A DNA stretch of 64,000 nt from Paragordius varius (taxonomy: Eukaryota; Animalia; Nematomorpha): positions 248,001-312,000 of the forward strand of contig OZ176058.1 in assembly GCA_964247055.1 (NCBI GenBank), read 5' to 3'. Each line of letters starts with the position of its first letter. Position 1 is the first letter of the stretch. The notes beneath the pieces were generated by a model that worked only from the letters and a program-made list of their open reading frames with translations, was not told the origin of the DNA and searched no databases. The translations under genes were made by a program, and so were the position numbers. Shown here one piece after another: positions 39,687 through 49,086 of this stretch.

Positions 39687-42600
39687 GAGTGTAAAAAATA
39701 TTTCTCTTTATATTTTTACGCTTTATCCGTAAAATTTTAATTTTTAATGTAAATATAAGGACTGTGCTTATCTATAAATTTATGTGGGTATGTATGATAT
39801 TATGTAAGGATCTATAATACCTATCATACAATTGAGTTATCATTATATAAATTATATACCCATACAAAATCTCATAGATAGTCACACATCATATATACTC
39901 ATACAATTCATAGATAGATACATAAACTCTCATAAATGTTTTCTAACAAATTTTCATACATAACCACACAAAATCTCGTAGATACTTACATAAAATAATA
40001 TATTAACAATAAATTCTTATATATAATTATATAAATCTCATATAAATCCACACAAATCCTTATAGAAACCCACACAAATCTCATAAAAAGTTACATAATC
40101 ATCTCATAGATAGTTACATAATTTCATACATAAACACATAAACTCTAAAGATCCCCACAGAAACATCATACTTAAGCACACAAACTCTAATAGATACCCA
40201 CACAAACTTCATAGATAAGCACATAAAAGTCTTTATAGATAGTTATATAAAATATCCACATAATGTTTATAAATTTCATACTTAAACACACAAACACTTT
40301 TAGATACTTACATAATGTCATACATACCTACACTAAATTCTTGTAGATAGTTATATAAATCTCATATAAATCCACAAAAACCCTTATTAATACCCACACA
40401 AATCTCATAGAAAGTTACATAATCATCTCATAGATAGTTACAAAATTTCATACATAAACACATAAACTCTAAAGATACCCACAGAAACATCATACTTAAG
40501 CACACAAACTCTAATAGATACCCACACAAACTTCATAGATAAGCACATAAAAGTCTTTATAGATGGTTACACAAAGATATTTATAAACAACAAATTAGTT
40601 TATAGATAAGCACATAAGAGTCTTGATAGATAGTTACATAATCAAAAACCCTTATAAATACGCACACAAATTCATAGATATCCACATAAAACCCTCATAG
40701 AAAGTTACATAAAAAGTAATAGATACTTATATGTGCAAGCAATGGCTATTAATCTAACGGCATTATCAGAATGCAAAAACTTTCTCATAGTTACATACAT
40801 AAATTTTTTTTATAGATATCCACATTTTATAAATTTCATACATAAGCACACAAACCCTAACACATACGCACAAACCTCATAGAAAAGCACATAGAAGTCT
40901 TTTAGTTAAGTTTTATATAAAATCCAATTAGTTTATAGAAACCCACATAAATCTTCATAGATAGTTACATAAACTCATTTATAGATACTTACATGTAAAG
41001 CAATGGCTACTAATTAAACCGTATCACATAAAATCAATTTTATAGATACCCACACAAGTTTCATACATCCGCACAAAAACTCTAATAGATCTCCACATGA
41101 GTTTTAAAGATACGCAGATACAAGTGTTTATAGATAGTTACATAACAGGAACATGTGATAAATTATTACCATAATTTTTATAGATATCCACATAAAACCC
41201 TCATAGATAGTTACATAAAAAGTAATAGATACTTACATGTACAAGCAATGGCTACTAATCTAACAGCATTATCAGGAACCAAAGCAGCTGGATCAACTTC
41301 TTCTTGAAGGATGAGGGCTTTATCATGAATATCCGTATAATTTATCGTATAATCAGCTGGTGGAGGTAACCTTTTACCTAGTGGAGTAAAAAGTTTTCAA
41401 AAGTTTAAAAACTCAAAAGTTTAAAAATTTAATAATATATGTTGATAATGCTTTCTTTTATGACTAATTGTTATAAAATTCATAATCCACAAATCTAATT
41501 TTGGTCTAGATCAGCTGATAATAAGATTTTGGGGGCAGATTATTAAATTTTTGTATTTTATAAGTTTTTTTTGTTTAAAATTTGTTTCTTCTTGAAGAAT
41601 TAACGCTTTAGCATGAATAGTCCGTATAATTTATCGTGTAATCAGCTGGTGGAGGTAACCTTTTACCTAGTGGAGTAAAAGGTTTTGTAAAAGTTTAATA
41701 CAATACGCACAAAAGTTTGGAGCTAATCAGCTGATCGCGCATATATATGCCTACTAGTAGGCAAAAATATACCTGGTGTCCCATGCGTAAAGTCTAATAG
41801 TTTCAGGGTAGTATTAACAAAAGTTAAGGCCGTTATATCTTTTGAGTTTTTTTCAAAAAACTCTAAACATCTGTTTTTATCGGGAAATTTTGTTAAAATA
41901 ATATTTTTGCGAAATCGTTATATTTTTTACAAGTTTTTCCTTTTTACTGATACTCAATTAAGTCTTTAGCTTTTTATAAAATCAGCTGATCTCGTGTACA
42001 TATGTATACTTTCAATCAGCTGATCTCATATATATTATATAATCCTATCAATAATCTTTATTTTTTGAACCACACTATTTTTAACATTTTTTGGATCACC
42101 TGGTTATACCTGATATAAACTTAATCAGCTGATTTCGTATATATGCGACCCCCATAAGCAACATTTTTCACACAGTCTATAGCCATACGTATCCAATGCC
42201 ACAGGAAAACACCGGTGCAGAATATTATTAGCAAATGTGAGGGCCCTTATAGCATTTCCCGTTGGCATAATGACAACGACCGCAAAATTATTTCTTAATT
42301 TAAATAACCCAATCAGCTGATTATGTCTAGTTTTTTATTTTAATTAATCACAAGCAATGCTCTATACAGTATCAGCTGTTCCTGTATATATATACGCTCC
42401 TTCATAATAAAAAATTCATAAATAAATTAATCACCAACCTGGAATGCCACGAGCAAACACCGGTTGTAGAATGTTATTAGCAAACGTAAGGGCCCTTATA
42501 GCGTTCCCCGTTGGCAACGAATCAAAAAATATTGATAATTTTTCAATTTATATACCGGATCAGCTGATGTTTTATTAGTGTATTATTTAAGCTCAAATTT

Positions 42601-45600
42601 AGCTCCTTTTACACTGAGATCAAACAAATAAGGTAAAAAACTTCATTCACATATCAGCTGATCTCGTATTTATGCGCCCTTTCAAACATATAAAACTTTG
42701 TTTCTCAAAGTTTAACTAATCACCTCCGGAACGACTTTTTTCTAAAAATTCTCTTGTTTTTAAAGGTGGCACACAAATTTTGCATTTTAAGATACTTATA
42801 TATCAGCTGATCTTGTATATACGCCTCCCATACATATATATCATCTGTTAAAAAATCACCTGGAATCCCGCGGGCAAACACCGGTTGTAGAATATTGTTT
42901 GCAAAGGTTAGGGCCGTTATAGCGTTTCCGGTTGGCATAATGACAACGACCGCTACCCAAAGGTACAGGAAAGCGGGTAGCGCTCCAAACGCTTCCTTAG
43001 CATACGCATAATCCCCACCGGATTTTAGAATGCTCGTTCCCAACTCAGCGTAACAAACTGCACCCGCCATACTGAAAAGACCGCTAAGTGTCCAAACAGT
43101 TAGGGCTAAGCCCACGGAACCGGTTTCTTTTACCACGCCTGAGGGGGAGATGAAAATCCCTGAGCCAATTATTATCCCCACAATTAGGGTGACACCTGGT
43201 AAGGTATAAAATAAAAATGTTATTTATCACAAAAACAGCTGTGAAACAGCTGCGATTCCATATATTTATGAAAAACATATGGGTTAGGAGTTGAATTAAA
43301 TAGATAGAAATAACGGGTTTTTTTAACGACGCCCGAGGGAGAGATGAATATGCCCGAACCGATAATTATCCCGACAATTAGGGTGACACCTGGTAAGGTA
43401 TAAAATAAAAATGTGATTTATCATATAAACAGCTGTAATTTCATAATTTATGAAAAGATATTGGTTAGAATCAGCTGAATTAGAAACTAAAAAACGGGTA
43501 ACGGGTTTGGCAGCCGAAGGGGATATGACAATGCTAAAACCGATAATTATCCCCACAATCAGGGTTACACCTGGAAAGGTATAAAACAAATGTAATTTAT
43601 CATACAAACAGCTGTGAAATAGCATATGGTATAGACACCTGTAAATGAATTAGGTAAAATAAAAGTGTAATCATCATACAAACAGCTGTGAAATAACATA
43701 TGATCAGGTAAAATCCCTGATTATCTAAAGATAAAAAATAAACATGTTGTTCCCCAAAACTGATTGATAATAGCTACGACAGTTAAGGTTACAACTGGGA
43801 CGGTATAAAAACAAATGTAAAATCATAAAAACAGCTGCAATTTCGAAATAACATATGATGGGATAAAATCACCCCAAAACTGATTAATAATAGTTACGAC
43901 AATTAGAGTGACACCCCTGGAAAGGTACAAAATGAAAATAATTTCTTATAAAAACAGCTTTGAATTCACGCATATATAAAAACGCGCGGGTGTAGACAAG
44001 TAGTCAGCTGTTCTATTAACGCAACATTAGGGGTCAAAACAAAAACCGCCACCTCTGCCATACTAAAGGGACCGCGCAAGCGTCGTTTAAACCGTTAAGG
44101 CCAGTCTAACAAAATAAATCGGTTTATTTAAACCGCCACCTCTACCATACTAAAAGACCGTTACGGCCAGTCTAACAAAACCGGTTTAAACCCTAACCCA
44201 AAAGAGAAATTATAATTCCAACGATTCCTGCAAAAGAATAAGATTATTTAATCAAAAAAAGGGATGTATAAGCTGTTAACATGCATTTATTTATACAGTA
44301 AAAACTAAGGGAATTATACGTAAAACATAAAATGTTTCATTATTTACTAGATATTTATATCCCCTATTTAACGAAAAAAAATAAATTTTTGATAAAATAA
44401 AGGATACATAACTGTATAAGCTAATCAAATTTTTCATTTGGAAATTTATATGTTTCTTTTTTCGTGAAAATCATTCATATCTTACTGTATATGTCCTAAA
44501 ACATAATTTCTATTAAAAAAATAATTATAAATGTTGTAAACAACTATAAATAGCTCAACACTAAAATAATTATAAAAATCTTTAACACTATTTTAAAAAT
44601 AAATAAAAAATGGTAAAATATAAATTTTTGATATAAACTAATTATTCTTCTATAATACAAGTAAAAACTGAGGGAATAATTATATGAAAGGACAAAACGT
44701 AAAAATATACCATTTACAATTCAAATTCATTTTTAAACAATTCAAATTCACCCTTGAACAATTCAAATTCACCCTCAAATAAATAACATGTTTTTTAAGA
44801 TTTAAAATTACCTATATTTTAATATATTTTTCTAAAAATAAAATTTTGTTTTAAATTAAAATAATACTGAAAAAAATAATTATTTATGCCATAAAGATAT
44901 ATTTTATATTAATAATGAGTTATATTAGTACGAAAACACATAATTTATTTATAGGGTGAATTTGAATTGTTCAAGGGTGAATTTGAACTGTAAATGGTAT
45001 ATAAAGACAAACATATTGCTTTCAAAAAGAATAATTTTGTAATTATAACTTAATTTATTGTTTCTAAATTTGAAAGAAGCATCAAATATAGATATCTATT
45101 GGTAACACAATCAATTATATATAATCGTAATTAAATGTTTTTTTATAGGATAAATTAGGGTTTAAAATAGTATGGTTGTCTTTAAAAAAAACTTTATTAC
45201 TAATTTTACTTTTGTCCGTATTATTTTAATTTTTAGTGGTTTAACCTTAATTTGTTTGTAGCTCTTTAAAAAAATATTTTTTAAAAAAACTAATATATTA
45301 ATTTACTATAATTCAAATTTCGAAAAAATTGTTATGAAAAATCATATCATACCAGACATTAAGCTAATTTCCTTTTTCAAATGCATTCCACCAGCTGATC
45401 CGCTCGAAACTGGGGAGGCGGATAAATCTAGGGTACCAGCTGTTTTTTCATCCAGATCAGCTGAGCTAGGAGGCGCTTTTCCCACATATGTTGTTTCGTG
45501 CTGTTTTTCTTTTCTAAAAAATAATTTAAAAATGTAAAAATAAGAGTTTTACATATGTTGGTATTTTTATGGAATAAATTAATGCAAAAATGCAAATTTT

Positions 45601-47026
45601 TTTATTTAAGAGTTTTATATTTACAGTAAAAACTGAAGTTATACGGAAAGATAAAACGTAAAATAAAGACAAAATACTTTTTGAAACTTTATTGTTTCTT
45701 ATATGAGCTATTTAGTTATTGATTGTAAAATATATAATTTATTGTGTTAGTTTTATATATCTCTATTTCTCACTTTGCCATTTAAAACAATAATTTATAT
45801 TGATATAATTTTAAATTTAAAAAGTATGGGGTTATGTTTTTGAAAAAAATACATGTCTTTATATTTTTACGTTTTATCCGTAAAATTTTAGTTTTTACTG
45901 CGTATACCATTAACACTTTCAACAATTCAATTCACCTCTAAATAAAATATATGTTTTTTAAGATAAAAAATTACCAATATTTTATATATATTTTTGAAAA
46001 TAAATTTTTTAAAGTTGTAAAATAATACTGAAAAAATAATAAACTATAACATAAAAATATATTTCATATTAATATGAGTTATATTAGTTCGAAAACACAT
46101 AATTTATTTTTAGGGCGAATTTGAACTGTTTAAGAGGGTGATTTTAAAATGTTCAAGGGGGTGAATTTAAATTGTAAATGGTATATTATTCTAATAGATT
46201 TTACATTTTTATCTTGGATTTTTTTCCATGAATTTTAATTTTCAATTTGGTGAGGGGCGTGAACAAAAAAAGGTATAAAACATTCGTCCAAATAATGAAA
46301 TAAATAGGTTGTCCTTAACAATTGTTACCGGAAAATAATATAAAACAAAAAATTATAGTCTGAAATTATACGGACAAATTGTAAAAATATAAAGACAAAT
46401 ATTTTTTTTCAAAAGACAATCATACTTTTTAAAACCTTATTTATCCTATAAAAAACATTTAATTAAAATCGTAAACTACATGATTTATTGTACTAACAAT
46501 GTAATTTCTATTTTATAACTTGAGGTTTAAAACAATCAGTTATATTTAAAAAAATTAAAATTTATAAAATAGCTTTTCAAACGCTTATTGTTGTTTTTTC
46601 CCATACGCTACTGTAAATTGGCCAACAATAAAATGTGTATACTGTATAAAATGAGATACCCCTATTTTATCAAAAAAGCTTAAATCCAATCATTCCACTT
46701 TAAAAACAAACAGCTGATATACTAAATTCACATGTATATATGAATGAATGCAAAAACATGTGATGTTACCCTGAATGACTCATTAACGGTTTCCCCGTAT
46801 ATGAATCACGATTGGTTGAAAGTCTCCTCGGGTTTTCTGACATTTCATAAACGCCGACGGGAGAGTTGACACCACGTGTAAGTAAATGCGCCATACTGTC
46901 GTCGGCTGTTGTATCATCAGCTGATTGGTTGTTGCGGTTGCCATCGGCAACGTAATTTTCGTTCAGGATAGTTGATTGCTGTGTAGGGCTCATTCCCGTC
47001 CCATTATCAGCTGAAATATTTGACAT
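18650..47026 (-). CDS. SLC7 L-type/heteromeric amino acid transporter light chain (LAT/y+LAT-like, APC superfamily); 13 exons, 628 aa
   Basis: [139 protein letters not shown]. Exon lengths sum to 1887 nt with compatible phases. The exact paralog is not assignable by eye. Confidence 0.95.
19557..20960 (-). repeat. Partial copies of exon 12: donor side (19557-19595, 19974-20010) and acceptor side (20693-20747, 20869-20960)
   Basis: Direct sequence match to the exon 12 ends; splice sites retained in three of the four copies. Confidence 0.9.
20278..20455 (-). CDS. SLC7 exon 12
   Basis: CTAG|[60 protein letters not shown]|GTAAGA. Confidence 0.92.
21825..21974 (-). CDS. SLC7 exon 11
   Basis: ATAG|[50 protein letters not shown]|GTAATT. 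Confidence 0.92.
21914..22640 (-). repeat. 326-bp tandem repeat carrying the exon 11 acceptor + 5' part (copies at 22240-22303 and 22566-22629)
   Basis: Identical ORFs 21937-22122 and 22263-22448 (offset 326). Confidence 0.95.
21975..23068. repeat. 21-bp minisatellite (ATAGATAGTTACATAAATATC-like) filling SLC7 intron 10
   Basis: Recurrent ATAGATAGTTACAT / ATAGATACTTACA units. Confidence 0.85.
23069..23165 (-). CDS. SLC7 exon 10
   Basis: TTAG|[33 protein letters not shown]|GTAAGT. Confidence 0.93.
23420..24997 (-). repeat. Intron 9 array: one exon 10 acceptor copy (23420-23460) and five exon 9 donor copies (23999, 24199, 24526, 24718, 24959)
   Basis: CT(C/T)GAAGAAG(C/G)AAAAAT..CCATTC recurs; the last two units form a near-identical 241-bp pair. 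Confidence 0.92.
25202..25305 (-). CDS. SLC7 exon 9
   Basis: TTAG|[36 protein letters not shown]|GTTTTT. Confidence 0.92.
26446..28210 (-). repeat. Intron 8 array: about seven exon 8 donor copies
   Basis: TTAC(G/A)ACAGCCAC(G/A)GCTTTAGAATATT variants at 26446, 26685, 26811, 26970, 27300, 27890 and 28183. Confidence 0.9.
28500..28623 (-). CDS. SLC7 exon 8
   Basis: TTAG|[42 protein letters not shown]|GTAAGA. Confidence 0.93.
28953..30625 (-). repeat. Intron 7 array: six exon 8 acceptor copies
   Basis: GCCACGTTTGCTAAAACATAAACGATGGTAAC..GGCACGGGGTAGATTTCTA variants at 28953, 29383, 29595, 29965, 30221 and 30556. Confidence 0.93.
31501..31545 (-). CDS. SLC7 exon 7 (45 nt)
   Basis: TTAG|[17 protein letters not shown]|GTAAAA. 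Confidence 0.92.
   Translation of the reverse strand, partial: ELFEFRYRRAQESL
32485..32590 (-). CDS. SLC7 exon 6
   Basis: AAAG|[41 protein letters not shown]|GTAATT. Confidence 0.92.
32600..36020. repeat. 21-bp minisatellite in alternating orientations, interspersed with four exon 6 acceptor copies (32960, 33763, 34680, 35905)
   Basis: ATGTAACTATCTATGA(A/G)A units; TGTGTTTCGAAA(C/T)GAAT..AAAGATTGCTTGTGTAACC copies. One exon 6 donor copy lies at 31976-32016. Confidence 0.9.
36695..39465 (-). repeat. Exon 5 flanking arrays: three donor copies (36695, 37142, 37546) and four acceptor copies (38561, 38859, 39203, 39428)
   Basis: TACCTTTTCCAATAAAAGCAAATCCAGTCAAAAT..GGGCAAATAACTTTGCAA and AACATTGT(A/G)(A/G)CAATTTAT..G(A/G)AAT(A/G)CTAA. 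Confidence 0.93.
38217..38342 (-). CDS. SLC7 exon 5
   Basis: TTAG|[45 protein letters not shown]|GTAATA. Confidence 0.93.
39780..41236. repeat. Same 21-bp minisatellite family in intron 4, with two exon 4 donor copies (40728, 40986)
   Basis: ATAGATAGTTACATAA / ATAGATACCCACAC units; ACTTA(C/T)ATGT..AAGCAATGGCTA copies. Confidence 0.85.
41237..41377 (-). CDS. SLC7 exon 4
   Basis: CTAG|[34 protein letters not shown]|GTAAGT. Confidence 0.88.
41586..44170 (-). repeat. Exon 3/4 partial-copy arrays: exon 4 acceptor copy (41586-41690); exon 3 donor copies (41770, 42195, 42437); exon 3 acceptor copies (43322, 43510, 43775, 43875); two internal exon 3 relics (44043-44170)
   Basis: Direct matches to exon ends; similarity declines with distance from the exon. 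Confidence 0.9.
42860..43195 (-). CDS. SLC7 exon 3 (TM1-TM3)
   Basis: CCAG|[28 protein letters not shown]|GTGATT. Confidence 0.92.
44708..44999. mobile_element. MITE family A inserted at a TA inside a family B MITE (~44660-45235)
   Basis: The family B motif GGACAAAACGTAAAAATA|TAAAGACAAA is interrupted by TACCATTTACA...TGTAAATGGTA with a TA duplication. Confidence 0.85.
45353..45513 (-). CDS. SLC7 exon 2
   Basis: TTTTAG|[15 protein letters not shown]|GTATGA; in frame with exons 1 and 3. Confidence 0.88.
45622..45902. mobile_element. MITE family B (TIR TACAGTAAAAACTGAA.TTATACGGA), directly followed by a family A copy at 45905-46183
   Basis: Left TACAGTAAAAACTGAAGTTATACGGA; right TCCGTAAAATTTTAGTTTTTACTG. 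Confidence 0.8.
46770..47026 (-). CDS. SLC7 exon 1
   Basis: [15 protein letters not shown]; donor CAGG|GTAACA, phase 2. Confidence 0.75.
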
Positions 47027-48045
47027 TTTAGGGATGTGAAATTTATAAAAAAAACTTTGGAATTTTTCGAAACGAATAATTTTCTGAAATCAAAATGGAA
47101 TTGAGCCTGCTTCAAAAAGAATATTTTGATAGGAATCAAGGAATTAATAAATTTGATAAATATGTAGAATGTAATTTCGATTGATTAAATGAACAAAATC
47201 GCATGTTGATGTTATTGGTTGGGAAAAATTTAGTTTTATTTTATCTTTAAAGTTTTTTAATGAATCTCTCCTCAAAGTGTTGTAGAAATAATAAGAATAT
47301 TTGTCCGTTTGATTCGACAGAACAAATTAAAAAAATCGTGAAATTTAATTCGGAAGAAATAATTTTTAGTACAATATTATCGTCTGATTATTTTCAAATA
47401 TATATGTAAAAGTAAAATCGTCTGACTAGGAAATATGGAGGAATAAAATTGGTTGAAATTTTTTAATTTTTTTATTAATTTTCCCAGTATGTTTTATAAC
47501 ATTTATATTTAAAATTAATTAAAATTGTTTAATAGGGATATAATTATAAAGTAGGATAATGTTTTTTAAGATAAAAAGAAACGATATAAATTATATTAAT
47601 TATAAATTTTTGTAGTAAAAAAATTTATCATTATAATTAGCGGAATAAAACAGCTGATAATTTCCAAATTATTTGTGGTGTATAGATGGGTTAAGATGGC
47701 ATATTTTCATGGATTTAAGAAATCTAAATAGGTAATAAAACAAATTATATACATATAAAAAATTATTTAAAATAAAAATTATGAAATACCAAAAATTTAT
47801 TATCAAAAAGTTTATGCCGCAAATAAGAATTTATGAATTATAAAAAAAATAAAACAGCTGATATCTTTATAATTTAAACATTTTATAAAAAATTGCACGA
47901 AAACTAAGCTTTTTTTGGAATATAAAAATTTAAAAAAAAATACTTTTTGGAATCCAAAAAATTTATTCAGAATAATTAATAATTGAGAATAAAAAGTAAA
48001 AAGACTATCTTAACAGAATAATTAATTAAATTAATCCATAGAAAT

Positions 48046-48164
48046 ACAGTAGTGTATGCTAAAAAAACGACTAATGATTGAAATTTATCAATCTTTTCCC
48101 GTTTTAACATTAATTTTGTATATTTGATTATAGGTGGATGTTTTTTTATACCATACGTTACTGT
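48046..48164. mobile_element. Short MITE family C (TIR TACAGTAG(C/T)GTATG..ATAAAAAA); related ends at ~46590, 48650, 50210, 50510-50730
   Basis: TACAGTAGTGTATGCTAAAAAAAC ... TTTTTTATACCATACGTTACTGTA. Confidence 0.6.
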
Positions 48165-49086
48165 AACATTAATAAAATATAGACATTTTTTATTTTTATG
48201 TCAACAAAAAATTAATTTATGCAAATTTTTTAACAATAAAAATATAAATAATAAATAACTGATTAATAAAAAAAATAATTATAATTAATTATACCTAATA
48301 ATAAAAAAACGTCTGAATTCGTTAATATTTAATCAATTTAGAAAATAAATAATAAATTTTAAATAATAATAAAATAAATAATTTTAAATAAATTATTTAA
48401 GTTCATTTTACATAAAATTAAAATGTGAGGTTTTATAAATATAAACTTTATATGATAAAAACTTGAAAAAAACTAAAAAATATAAAATTTATAAGAAAAT
48501 AATCGTAATATATGTAATTTAAAAAATATAAAAATTTCCTAAAATACATTAGGATATAGTAACAAACAGCGGATGGTCAAAATTAACCAGCATGTTCCCC
48601 CTCTTTAAACATTAATATTGTTTATTTAATTATGGATAAATATTTTTTATACTATACGTGACTGTAAATCATAAAAAAATTAAATAATATATATATTTGC
48701 AAATTTTATTAAATTTAATAAAATATAAATAAATTTTTGGAAAATATTAAAATAAATTTTTACAAAATTTATATAAATTAAATTTAAAATAAAAATTTTT
48801 TGGAAAATATTAAAAATTTTATATTTTTAAAAAAACTATTTACGCTTTATATTAGAGTTCAGTGTAGGGCAGGGCACATCAATCATAATTAAAAATTAAT
48901 TTTATTTTCTTAAAACACAAAAAAACTAAACAAAACAAAATTTTGACAGTGTTTTTGGGAATAATTAATTAATTATTAAATTCTAACTTAATACGTGATT
49001 CTTATAAAGTACATTCAATTAATTTATATAAAAACCCTTAAATATTACTAGAGTATAAGTAAGAATATATATTGCTAGAAAATTAT

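Noticed and set aside
42720-42859. C-terminal part of the 153-aa ORF ([14 protein letters not shown]...)
   Set aside because: Read-through into intron 3; transporter homology resumes in exon 4 at 41377.
43323-43625. 100-aa ORF containing [11 protein letters not shown] as a possible second transporter gene
   Set aside because: Formed by two exon 3 acceptor copies with a frame change; no downstream transporter sequence.
44176-44192. AAACCCTAACCC telomere-like motif
   Set aside because: Fewer than two full units; no array.
45334-45537. 67-aa plus-strand ORF
   Set aside because: Antisense shadow of SLC7 exon 2.
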